Numbered from the stretch's first letter, positions 1 to 9,980 are shown. The stretch: DNA of 20,000 bases from Chiloscyllium plagiosum (GCF_004010195.1 NC_057754.1:9349849-9369848), one strand, 5' to 3'. The notes: generated by a model from the sequence alone, not told the origin. Made by a program: numbers and translations.

Positions 1-7
1 AACTCAT

Positions 8-195
8 AAACAAAAACACATGTTCCTGGAAACGCTCAGCAGGTTTGGCAGCATCTGTGAAGTGAAATCAGAGTTCAGGTTTCGGGTCCAGATACCCTTC
101 CTCAGAATGTTAACTCTAATTTCACTTCACAGATACTGAGCTTTTCCAGCAACTTCTGTTTTTGTTTCTGATTTACAGCATCCGCAGTTCTTTTA
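8..195. mobile_element. Penelope-type fold-back (inverted repeat) element with hammerhead-like core on the minus strand
   Basis: Inverted arms atctgtgaagtgaaat (53-68) / atttcacttcacagat (119-134). Minus strand 105-79 reads CTGAGGA-A-GGGT-atctgg-ACCC-GAAAC. Same family as 15301-15486. Confidence 0.7.
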
Positions 196-519
196 TTGAA
201 AACTAACGTTAGGGTGAAATATTTTGCCTGATTGTGAATAGTGTAATTAAGTCTCATGCAGATACCAGGGAGAGTCAGTGGTCAGGGAGTGGAGTTCATA
301 GTGGGGACTGAAAACAATGGCTTAATTCTTTCCAATATTTCTGTTCCTACTGTACTGGATATCACACAGATCTGTACAATGTGTAACATTGTGATAAATT
401 TAGTGATGATAGAGTTAACATAAACCTTCTGCCTTCGTCCTTCTAGGAGGTTGAGAGTTTGGCTTATAAAAGCCCTCTTATTCATCTTCTGCTTTTCCCA
501 ATTATCTCTGACTCTTTCT

Positions 520-710
520 GTCTCCACCCATTGATGCAAAAGTCTTCTGTGAGTCCAGACCAAGTGACAGGGTTTCTTGCTGGAAGGACATTCGTGAATC
601 AATGATTTTCTTATGATAGTTGTCCTAACCTTTATGTATTACATTTTCTAGTTGTGGTTTCAGAAACTACCATATTTAATCAGCTCAATTTAACAATTTG
701 TTTTGTGGGC
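520..710 (-). mobile_element. Highly decayed copy of the same older SINE family
   Basis: Reverse complement gattcacgaatgtccttccagcaagaaaccctgtcacttggtctggac resembles 10555-10610. Confidence 0.45.
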
Positions 711-711
711 T

Positions 712-753
712 TCTCTCTTATTATCTTTTTCCTGTTTTCAATCAATTTCACAG
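712..753 (+). promoter_or_regulatory. Putative 3' splice acceptor of the ZNF-A terminal exon
   Basis: Polypyrimidine tract tctctcttattatctttttcctgttttc...tttcacAG (AG 752-753), then gatatcagaagaggat, which resembles the exon start of ZNF-B (agtcttgggagaggat). Confidence 0.65.
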
Positions 754-863
754 GATATCAGAAGAGGATAATTTGCAATTAGGAAATTCAAACTGACCAT
801 CACAATGGGATTTGATAAGAGTCTTCTATTTTCTGGTAACCTGAAAATCAATGCATTTTGAAC

Positions 864-1901
864 ATGGAAGGAAAAAGCATCATTTGCACTAGGGAGAAAC
901 TGTACATGTGTTCTGTATGTGGACGAGACTTCAGCCGATCATCTGGTTTATCCAGACACAAGTGCAGTCAGACTGGGGAGAACCCGTGGAAATGTGAGGA
1001 CTGTGGGAAGGGATTCAATTACCCATCTGACCTGGAGACACATCAGCGCAGTCACACTGGGGAGAAACCGTTCACCTGTCCTCAGTGTGGGAAGGCCTTC
1101 ACACAGTCATCCACCCTCCTCAAACATCAGCGTGATCACAATGGCTACAGGCCATTCACCTGTCCTGAGTGTGGGAAGGGATTCACTCAGTTTTCCAACT
1201 TCTTGGGTCATCAGAGAACTCACACTGGGGAGAGGCCATTCACCTGCGCAGAGTGTGGGAAGGGATTCACTCAGTCATCCCACCTGATGGCACATCAGCG
1301 AGTTCACACTGGGAACAGACCTTTCACCTGCTCCGAATGTGGGAAGGGAAGCTCTCAGTTATCAGATCTGCTGAAACACCAGCGGGTTCACACTGGTGAG
1401 AGACCATTCACTTGCTCTGAGTGTGGAAAGGGATTCACTCAGTCATCGCACTTGCTGAAACACCAGCGAGTTCACAGTGATGAAAGACCATTTGAATGCC
1501 TGCATTGTGGGAAGCGTTTTAAAAGTTCTGTGGAGCTGGTGTCTCATCAACGGGTTCACAGTGACGAGAGACCTTTTAAATGCCGAGACTGTGGGAAGTG
1601 CTTTAAAACTTCTGGGGAACTGGTAACCCATCAACGCGTTCACACTGACGAGAGACCGTTCAGATGCTCTCACTGTGGGACTGGGTTCAGGAAATCATCT
1701 CAACTCACTGTACACCAGCGAATTCACACTGGGGAGAGGCCGCTCAGCTGCTCCAACTGTGGGAAGAGATTTAATCATTTGTCCAATCTACTAAAACACA
1801 AGCGTATTCACACTGGGGAAAAGCCATTCACTTGTTCTGAATGTGGGAAAAGATTCACTCAGTCTTCCCATCTATTGAGGCATAAGCGAGTTCACAAGTA
1901 A
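864..1901 (+). CDS. Tandem C2H2 zinc-finger protein (ZNF-A): 1 degenerate plus 11 intact fingers, no KRAB/SCAN/BTB domain in this exon
   Basis: Uninterrupted ORF with repeated CxxC-x12-HxxxH units and TGEKP/TGERP/SDERP linkers. ATG at 864 has good Kozak context (aacATGg); the ORF track starts at TTG 858. Stop TAA at 1899-1901. Confidence 0.93.
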   Translation: MEGKSIICTREKLYMCSVCGRDFSRSSGLSRHKCSQTGENPWKCEDCGKGFNYPSDLETHQRSHTGEKPFTCPQCGKAFTQSSTLLKHQRDHNGYRPFTCPECGKGFTQFSNFLGHQRTHTGERPFTCAECGKGFTQSSHLMAHQRVHTGNRPFTCSECGKGSSQLSDLLKHQRVHTGERPFTCSECGKGFTQSSHLLKHQRVHSDERPFECLHCGKRFKSSVELVSHQRVHSDERPFKCRDCGKCFKTSGELVTHQRVHTDERPFRCSHCGTGFRKSSQLTVHQRIHTGERPLSCSNCGKRFNHLSNLLKHKRIHTGEKPFTCSECGKRFTQSSHLLRHKRVHK

Positions 1902-2007
1902 CTACCGTGATTGGGTTTGGCTGTTAGTCACATCTGAACCATGTTAATTGGGGTATATTTCTGTGGATGTTTAACAGTTCCAGCTGTTCGTGTTCTGGAT
2001 AAAGTGA

Positions 2008-2051
2008 AATAAATTAATTTTGTGTGAAACATATAACTGTTTTGTCTTTTT
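2008..2051 (+). terminator. Polyadenylation signal of ZNF-A
   Basis: AATAAA at 2008-2013, about 107 nt after the stop, followed by a GU/U-rich element ctgttttgtcttttt (2037-2051). Confidence 0.65.
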
Positions 2052-2542
2052 AATATCTCTGATACTAGTCATTTATTGTTGAAGGACTCTCCCTCTCCCC
2101 CTACATCCTCACTTCCACCAACAAGAGCTTCTTTGTTACCAAGGATGAGAGAATCTGATCAGCTGCCTTTGTCCCTTCCCTCCCCTCCCCTCCACGAGCA
2201 CTGGGTCAAACTCTCTCTAAAGTTCCTTTTCATCCAAGTCCTGATCTTGCATCTTTCTTTAGTTTCTGTCTGTCTCCTGTCTTGACGAGTCCTGTTCATG
2301 AGACCAGTTGGTCTTATTCCCACTAAACTGCCACCATCAGGTTTTCCATGTTTACAGATAATTTTCATTGTCCTGTCTGTATTATTTCTGTCCTCTCTCC
2401 TTTGGATCCAATGTCATCAACTGTCCTCAGAAATATAAACCTGAAACCTACCTTCACTGTCCCATCTCCAACCTTCCCTTCCTTTCCTTGGACTTGCTAG
2501 TCCCCAAGGATCTATCTTTGGCCTCTCCTATTTCTCCCTTGT

Positions 2543-2845
2543 GTGCAGCACAGTGGCTCAGTGGTTAGCACTGCTGCTTCACAGCACCAGGGACCTGCGT
2601 TCAATTCCGGCCTCGGGTGACTTTCTCCCCGTGTCTGCGTGGGTTTCCTCTGGGTGTTTCAGTTTCCTCCCACAATCCAAAGATGTGCAGGTCAGGGGAA
2701 TTGGCCATGCTAAATTGTCTATATAGTGTTAGGTGCCTTAGTTAGGGGTAAATTTAGGGGAATGGGTGGGTTACTCTTTGGAGGCTCGGTGTGGACTTGT
2801 TGGACCAAATGGCCTGTTTCCACACTGTAGGGAATCTAATCTAAT
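2543..2845 (+). mobile_element. HE1-type tRNA-derived V-SINE (internal deletion)
   Basis: A box gtggctcagtggt, B box gttcaattcc, V-domain gtgtctgcgtgggtttcctc, LINE-like tail and aatct repeats. Confidence 0.9.
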
Positions 2846-3226
2846 GTCTACAAGCCGGCATCAACCAAAAGCTTTACAGTTTTCACGTGAAGATCAAAAC
2901 CACCTGGCTCTACCCCTCTCAATTCCTCTACTGTTATTAAATTATCAGACAGTTCATCCCACATCTGCTACCAATGAGCAGAAATTTCCTCTGACTGAAA
3001 ATCAGGAAGACCAAGCCATTGTCTTTGGTTGCCACTGCAAATTCTATTCCCCAACTACTGAATCCATCCCTTTCCCTTGGGACTGTTTGAGTCTGGACAA
3101 CATTTAGTACCGGTGCCATGTTTGAGCCCACAATGTACTGTATTCCTGTACTTTAATACATATGAGTATAAAACCTAATTCTAATTTAAGATGAGTTTCT
3201 GAACATTTGTCCGCTTCATCATTAAC

Positions 3227-4375
3227 ACCATAAGAAATAGGAAAGAAGCAGGCCATTCAGCACATTGAGATTTACCAGAACGTTGCTGAAAATGGAGGGT
3301 TTGAGTTATAAGTATAGGTTAGGACCTTTTTCACTGGAGCATAGGAGATTGAGGGGTGACTATAGAGGTTTATAAAATCACAAGGGGTATAGGTAAGGTG
3401 GATAGCTGGTGTCTTTTTTCCCTAGGATGTGGCATTTCAAAACTAGGGGGCATATCTTTAAGGTGAGATGACAAGCTTTAGAGAAGACATGGGCAATTTT
3501 TTTTATATACAGAGAGTGGTTCGCATGTGGAATGAACTTGCAAAGAAAGTGGTGGATGCGGGTACAGCTAGAATATTTAAAAGATATCTGAATAAGTACA
3601 GGAATAAGAAATGTTTGGAGGGATATGAGTCAAGTGCCGGCAGGTGGGACTAGTTTAGTTTGGGATTATGATTGGCATGAACTGGTTGGACCGAAGAGTC
3701 TGTTTCCATGCTGTATGATTCTGAGTCTGCTCTGCTATTCAATTAGATCACATCTGATCAGATAATCCTCAACTCCACTTTCCTGTCTTTACCCCATAAG
3801 CTTTGATTTCCTTATTGATTTAAAAACTGCCTATCTCAGCCTTAATGAGTGAGCCTGTATAGCCCACTGCAGTAAAATATTCTACAAACTCATGAGTCTG
3901 AGAGAAAAACCTCCTCATCTCTGTTTTAAACAGCTGACTTATTCAGAGATTATGTCCTCTGATCTTAGACTGTCCAATAAGGGGAAAAATCCTTTCCACA
4001 ACTACCCTGTGAAGTCCCCTGAGGTTTCAGTTACATCCCCTCGTCAATTCCAATGAGTACACACCCCACCTCCTCAACTCTCCACATGAGATAGTCACTC
4101 CATGCCCAGTGCACCTTCTCCAGACTGCTTTCAATGCCAGTATACCTTTCTTTAAATAAAATGCCCAAACTGTTCACAGTATTCCATCTGTGGTCTGACT
4201 ATTGCCTTATATAGTTTTTGCAAAACCTCCCCTTCACTCCATTCTCTTTGCAATAAAGGCCAACTTTCCATTTGCCTTCCCTATTACCTGCTGAAGGTTT
4301 TGTGATTTATGGCTTGAGGATTCTCAAATCGCTCTTTGCCGCAGGTTCCTGCAGTCTTTTTCCATTTAAATACTT
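3227..4375 (-). mobile_element. CR1-clade LINE 3' fragment, interrupted by the plus-strand CR1 at 3270-3725
   Basis: Tail ccataagaaatagg...aggccattcagcacattgag (3228-3269) continues as tctgctctgctattcaattagatc from 3726, followed by antisense ORF2 C-terminal sequence. Confidence 0.7.
3270..3725 (+). mobile_element. CR1/HER1 LINE 3' end
   Basis: Encodes FFYIQRVVRMWNELAKKVVDAG...GRWD* (CR1 ORF2 C-terminus) plus 3' UTR. Confidence 0.88.
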
Positions 4376-4411
4376 AACACATTTTGATCTCCATATTATA
4401 TATTATACCTC

Positions 4412-4790
4412 CATTAGGGGACAGACAGGTGTTTATGTGGCTGTAAGTGTGACTCCAGGATGGTATGTTGCCTGGTTCCAGGGTCTCAGAGCAGCTACTG
4501 AGCATTCTTTTAGGAGAGGATAAACAGTCAGAGGTCATGATCCATGTTGGTACCAATGAGTTGGGTAGGAAGGGGGAGTACAGCAATAGGAGGATAAGGA
4601 AGATGAATGCATGGCCAGAAGGATGGCACAGGAGGGTGCATTTTAGATTCCTGGGACACTGGGACTGGCTTTTGGGGGTGATGGCAGCTGCACAAGTCAG
4701 ACGGGTTGCAGCTAAACAAACATAAGACTGAGTTACTTGCAGGGCATTTTAGAAAGCACTATCTGGAAGGCTTTAAAGTAATTTGGTAGA
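4412..4790 (+). mobile_element. CR1 ORF1 (SGNH/GDSL esterase) fragment
   Basis: Translates as SEQLLSILLGEDKQSEVMIHVGTNELGRKG ... FRFLGHWD, matching the HIGTND esterase block of CR1 ORF1; frameshifted. Confidence 0.75.
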
Positions 4791-4879
4791 GGTGAGGGAA
4801 CTAAGGGAGATTAGAAGAGAAGACAAGAGTTCACAAAATACTTAAGAGAAGAAACTGGCACTAGAATTGATAGTAGCAA

Positions 4880-5020
4880 GTGACTGTACATGTACATGAA
4901 TAACATGCAAGGGTATGGAGATAAAGCAGGAGATTGGCACTAGCTAACTGTGCTCATTTAACGATGCAGATACAATGTGTCAGATGGCCTCCATCTGTGC
5001 CAAAACACTTCTGTGATAAT
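4880..5020 (+). mobile_element. Decayed CR1 3' tail
   Basis: gggtatggagataaagcaggagattggcactag ... gatggcctccatctgtgc, typical of the ORF2 end and 3' UTR. Confidence 0.5.
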
Positions 5021-5242
5021 GTTGCTTTTCTGCACCTGATTCCAGCTCATCTGCTGCTGAAACATCTCATTCATGTCCGTGTTACCTTTAAACTTAACGA
5101 TTCCAACATATTCTCAACCAGCCTCTCACATTCACCCCACCCCAAAAATGTGAGATCATCCAAATCTCTGCTGCCCATTTTGCCTTCTAACATCAAATCC
5201 CATTCATCCATTATCCCCTGTGCTTGCTGATTTCTGGTCAAG

Positions 5243-5523
5243 TAGATTAGATTAGATTCCCTACAGTGTGGGGACAGGCCCATCGGCTCAACAAGTCCAC
5301 ACCAACCCTCTGAAGAGCAACCCACCCAGACCCATTTCCCTCTCACAAATGCACCTAACACCATGGGCAATTTAGCATGGCCGATTCACCTGACCTGCAC
5401 ATCTTTGGACTGTGGGAGGAAACCAGAGGAAACCCACGCAGACAGCCACCTGAGGCAGGAATTGAACCTGGGTCCCGCGTGCTGTGAGGTAGCAGTACTA
5501 ACCACTGAGCCATCATGCCGCCC
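5243..5523 (-). mobile_element. HE1-type V-SINE
   Basis: Reverse complement of the same consensus, with (agatt)n tail at 5243-5258. Confidence 0.9.
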
Positions 5524-5526
5524 ATT

Positions 5527-5729
5527 TAAGGTAAGTCCCCATGGTTCTTCTGAACTATAGGGCTGCTCTCAGACACAGAGACAACTGGAGATGGTTTAGC
5601 TGGAGGGTCACCATGCCTCAGGCAAGGGAAAGAGTCCTTCAAGGTTTCTTCGGCCAGCACAGGAATTGAACCCATGCTGTTGCCGTCACTCTGTATCACA
5701 AACCAGCCATTTAGCCAACTGAGTAACCA
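5527..5729 (-). mobile_element. Second tRNA-derived SINE family
   Basis: Minus strand ggttactcagttggct (A box) ... gggttcaattcc (B box), followed by a body unrelated to HE1; abuts the HE1 head. Confidence 0.65.
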
Positions 5730-5799
5730 ACCATTCCTTGATAAAGTCTCAGTTTATAATTTGCATCCTTCTTTTCAAATCCTGCCTCCTCCCCAAATT

Positions 5800-6205
5800 G
5801 GTTTTGCATCTCCCCATCTCCATGATGCAGAGAGTAGAGGGGTTAATGCAGGTCAGGGTGTATATCCACTTCCTTAACCCTGTGAGGCAGGGGACAGCAG
5901 GGTCAACACAGCTCAACATGTATCTCTCAATGGCCTCGCTCCTTCCTTACACCGGGATGTTGGGAGTGAAGAGGTTAAAAAAAGCTCAGGCTGTTTCTTT
6001 CCATAGCCCCACTCTTTCCTATCACTTTGATGTGGGGAACAGAGAGCTTAAAACAGCTCAGACTTTATTCCTACATTGCCTTGCCCCTTCCCATTCCTAT
6101 GATGTAGGGAATGAGGGGTTAATAAAGTTTAGGCTGTGTCTCCCTATGGCCTTGCCATTCTCTATCCCTGTGATATGGGGATGAGGAGTTAATACAGCTT
6201 GTTGT
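5800..6205. repeat. Degenerate ~71-bp tandem repeat, about 6 copies
   Basis: Anchor (g/c)t(t/c)aa...agctca recurs at 5842, 5902, 5974, 6047, 6118 and 6188 (periods 60, 72, 73, 71, 70). Confidence 0.8.
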
Positions 6206-6257
6206 ATTTATACAGCTTGCTCTTTATGTAATCGGAGGCTTGGACTGATGACAAGAC

Positions 6258-6815
6258 AACAATACAATACAGCACAGAGACAGGCCCTTTGGCCACCAAA
6301 CCTGTGCCAATTCCTATTCCTTATTTAGACCTGCTACTTATTACTCTTACGCAGTATCTATCCCTCTGTTAGCCTCACATTCATGCGTCTATCATGATAC
6401 ATCTTAAACTATGCTTATGTGCCTGCTTCCACCACCTCCACTGGCAATGCATTCCAGGCACCCACCACCTTCCGGGTGAGAAGTTTTCCAAGCACTTCAC
6501 CCCTAAGCTTTCCCCCCTCACCTTCAACCTGTGCCCTCTTGTAGTTGACCTTTTCATCCTGGGAAAAAGCCTTTGACTATCCACTCTATTTATGACTCTC
6601 ATCCCTTTGTGGATCTCTGTAGGGATGCCCCTCAGCCTCCATCTTTCCAATCCGAGATAAATCCAACTTCTCCTCATAACAAAAACCCTCCAGAGCAGGC
6701 AATATCATAGTAACCCTACTCTACACCCTCTCCAAAGCATCCATGTCCTTCTGGTAGTGTAGCAACCAGAACTGTATGGAATATTCCAAATGTGGCCAAA
6801 CTAACGTTTTGTACA
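6258..6815 (-). mobile_element. CR1 LINE 3' end
   Basis: Minus ORF LERWRLRG...RVDSQRLFPRMKRSTTRGHRLKVRG; (caata)n tail at 6260-6270. Confidence 0.85.
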
Positions 6816-7014
6816 GTTGATACATAACCATGAATATATCAATGGTGTTGCCAGAGGTGAAGGACCTTGTGTGTCAGACTGTCAAATATTGTATGCTCTC
6901 TCACATGCTATTGAGGTCAATACACGCTGTGCTAAAATAAACTGGACCTGAAGCTTGAGAAGTAAAGGTTTTAGATTGTAGTCATTAAGGTTAAATTGGA
7001 GTAGGGAAGTAATT

Positions 7015-7353
7015 GGTGGCACGGTGGCTCAGTGGTTAGCACTGCTGTCTCACAGTGCCAGGGTCCCAGGTTCAGTTTCACCCTGGGTGACTGTGTGGAG
7101 TTTGCACATTTTCCCATTGCCCATGATGGGTTTCCTCTGGGTGCTTCAGTTTCCTCCCACAGTCCACAGTGCCGGGTGGGTGGATTGGCTAAGCTAAATT
7201 GCCCATAGTGCCCAGGAATGTGCAGGCTAGGTGGATTAGCCATAGGAAATGCAGGTTTACAGAGATGGGGTGGGTCTGGGTGGGATACTCTTTGAAGGGG
7301 TGGTGTGGATGCAATGGGTCAAGTGGCCTATTTCCACACTGCAGGGATCCTAT
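7015..7353 (+). mobile_element. HE1-type V-SINE (variant)
   Basis: ggtggcacggtggctcagtggttagcactgct head, V-domain, duplicated gtggattggc/gtggattagcc segment, LINE-like tail. Confidence 0.9.
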
Positions 7354-8668
7354 AAGAAAGAAATAAATCATTGAGCTGAAACTGAAAATTAGAACAGCAT
7401 TGCATTATGCTAGAATGCAACTGATAGTTGGGAACATCCTGAACACTTTTGGAAAGTTTATATATTCGCAACTTTTGGTGCACTCTTCAACAATCCCCAG
7501 ATTCCATTATAACCAGCCTGCTTTCTCTCTGACTCTCAGTCATTTCCTGTAATATTTCAATGTCTCTGTGTGCTCCTGGTCTCACTTGGAACCTCTTCAC
7601 CTGTGTTGAACTCAGACTGTTATTTCTCCACCACTGCGATCCCATTCCTAAAACAGCTTGTAAAATTTAAGATCTAGGAGCCTCAAGATCCCCAAGAAGA
7701 GGGATTGATCTCATGAATGATTTAAAAGTGGTTTATTAAGAATCACCAGTTTAATGTGAGAGGCGAAACATGACCTGTCACAGATGAGGATGGTTTTACC
7801 AGTCCTGGAGGACAAACCGACAGATGGTGCAGAAAGACTGCTGCTCTATGTAGCTGATGGCAGTGTCTCCTGTGAGCCAGAATGTATGTGTTGAGTTAAA
7901 GCCAGTTTGGATAATTTTGAAAGATTTTTCTCGAGAATGTGTTTATGCCTTTACACAGTCCTAAGTTCCAACTCTATAAGGGTTGGAAATGTCTCGTTTC
8001 AGGGCGTGTACTGGAGTCACGTCCTGGACAGACAGAACAAGCCTGCCCTGCATATGTCAGACAGCAAACTGCTATGGAAGCTTCCTTCACAAGACAATGA
8101 CCGAGCATGTAATTACCAATACATTTCTAAAAATGTTATCACGGTATTAAAGTTATTAAAATATTCTCACAGAATATTACTGGAACTAAATTTGTCTCCA
8201 CTTTCATGTGGAGAGGGTTTCTCTATCCGGTGTAAGAGTGAACATTTGGAGATTCTCAATTCTCCAATTCCCATTCACTTTCTTTCTGGTGGATAATGGG
8301 AGGAGACCAACGGTTGAAATGTGCAAGTTGGTTAGAATTGTCAGCAAGGATTTGTAGCACATTCTAATTCTATTTGGCAGAATCTCTCAGACACATTGTG
8401 AAGTTCATGGTGAAATCAATTTAGGATTAAAAGTTCAGAATACTGTTGTGATATAATTTCTGCTGAGTGTCCCTGAGGTTGGGGGAATGATCACAAACAA
8501 CAGTTTTTAAAGGGACACTGCAGCATCCGCAAGGCATAGATCCTGAATATTGAACTCCAGTCCAGTTAGAGGGCTGGTTAACATCAGCAGAAACAAACAC
8601 CAGTGGTCAGAATGAACGTCCAGGATGTATTGAACAGTAACAATAACAGCAGAAACCAATACATTCAG

Positions 8669-9844
8669 TCACTTGTGACCTTGCTGGTGTCTCAGCAGGT
8701 GGGATGACTGAGTAAATGCCTTTCCACACTTGCAGGTGAATGGCCTCTCTCCAGTGTGAATTCGCTGGTGTGTCTGCAGGTGGGATAACTGAATAAATCC
8801 CTTCTCACACTCAGAGCAAGTGAATGGTCTCTCCCCAGTATGAACCCGCTGGTGCGTCAACAGGTAAGATAACCGAGTGAATACCTTCCCACAGTCAGAG
8901 CAGGTGAACGGTCTTGCCCCAGTGTGAACGCGCTTGTGCACACTGAGGTAGGAAGAAGACCTGAACCTCTTTCCACAGGAAGTGCAGCTGAACGGCCTCT
9001 CCTCAGTGTGAATTTGTTGGTGTTTTAGCACATCAGAGGTTTGTGAAAATCCTTTCCCACATACAGGGCAAGTGAATGGTCTCTCCCCAGTGTGAACATG
9101 CTGGTGTGTCAGTAGTTGGGATGATCGAGTGAATCCCTTTCCACACTTGGAGCAAGTGAATGGTCTCTCTCGAGTGTGAACCCACTGATGTTTTTGCAGA
9201 CTGATTGACCGAGTAAATCTCTTGCCACATGAGGAGCAGGTAAATTGTCTCTTTCCAGTATGAACTCGCTGGTGTCTCAGCAATTGGGAAAACTGAGTGA
9301 ATCTCTTGTCACATTCTGAGCAGGTGAATGGTTTCTCCTTTGTGTGGACTCTCTGATGTGTCAGTAGGATGGAGGACTGCGTGAATCCTTTACCACACTC
9401 AGAGCAGGTGAACGGTCTCTCACCAGTATGAGTGCGTTGATGGATCAGCAAATTGTGGGACTGAGTGAACGCTTTCCCACACTCAGAGCAGGTAAATGAT
9501 TTCTCTCCAGTGTGAACATGCTGGTGTCTCAGCAAATTTGATGAACGAGCAAACTGTTTCCCACAAACAGAACAGGTGAATGGCCTCTCCCCAGTGTGAA
9601 CACGTTGGTGTGCAGTGAGGTTGGCTGACTGCCTGAAACGCTTTCCACAGGAACTGCAGCTGAATGGCTTCTCCTCAGTGTGAATAAGCATGTGTTTCTG
9701 AAGACTAGATAATACTGTGAAACCTTTCCCACATGTAGAACAGCTAAATAGCCTCTCTCCAGTGTGACTGCGCCGATGAATTTCCAGCTGGGATGGGTAA
9801 TTGAATCCCTTCCCACAGTCGCCACATTTCCACGGTTTTTCCAT
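8669..9844 (-). CDS. Tandem C2H2 zinc-finger protein (ZNF-B): 14 fingers, last with CxC spacing, no effector domain in this exon
   Basis: 391-aa uninterrupted [22 protein letters not shown]...HLLRHQQGHK with TGERP-type linkers; clear paralogue of ZNF-A. Confidence 0.93.
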   Translation of the reverse strand: MEKPWKCGDCGKGFNYPSQLEIHRRSHTGERLFSCSTCGKGFTVLSSLQKHMLIHTEEKPFSCSSCGKRFRQSANLTAHQRVHTGERPFTCSVCGKQFARSSNLLRHQHVHTGEKSFTCSECGKAFTQSHNLLIHQRTHTGERPFTCSECGKGFTQSSILLTHQRVHTKEKPFTCSECDKRFTQFSQLLRHQRVHTGKRQFTCSSCGKRFTRSISLQKHQWVHTRERPFTCSKCGKGFTRSSQLLTHQHVHTGERPFTCPVCGKGFSQTSDVLKHQQIHTEERPFSCTSCGKRFRSSSYLSVHKRVHTGARPFTCSDCGKVFTRLSYLLTHQRVHTGERPFTCSECEKGFIQLSHLQTHQRIHTGERPFTCKCGKAFTQSSHLLRHQQGHK

Positions 9845-9952
9845 GGGGTCCTCGGGTCTCTCCCTAGTGGATGATTGATGTAAGCCTCATCCAAACACAG
9901 AACTCATGTAGACATTAGGTTTCCTTCCATATGTAAATCCTCTCCCAAGACT

Positions 9953-9980
9953 CTATGGAGTGGGGAAGAGAAAGGAGATT
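9953..9980 (-). promoter_or_regulatory. Putative 3' splice acceptor of the ZNF-B terminal exon
   Basis: Minus strand reads aatctcctttctcttccccactccatAG|agtcttgggagagg (AG at 9954-9953). Confidence 0.65.

Noticed and set aside
285..425. Possible antisense L2 LINE fragment, or ORF 282-602
   Set aside because: Only a faint resemblance by eye; the ORF has no recognisable product.
919..1673. Alternative-frame and antisense ORFs over ZNF-A (also 9033-9230 and 9529-9894 over ZNF-B)
   Set aside because: Shadow ORFs produced by the 84-bp finger periodicity.
2445..2510. Possible Penelope RT relic (SISxxSLPFLD-like)
   Set aside because: Too short and needs frameshifts; cannot be supported without a profile search.
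5800..6205. CRISPR-like array, or the 148-aa ORF 5738-6184 as a gene
   Set aside because: The whole unit is repeated with no unique spacers, the context is eukaryotic, there are no cas genes, and the ORF is a by-product of the repeat.
7907..8296. 129-aa ORF
   Set aside because: Non-ATG start, no recognisable domain, and antisense to the probable ZNF-B 3' region.
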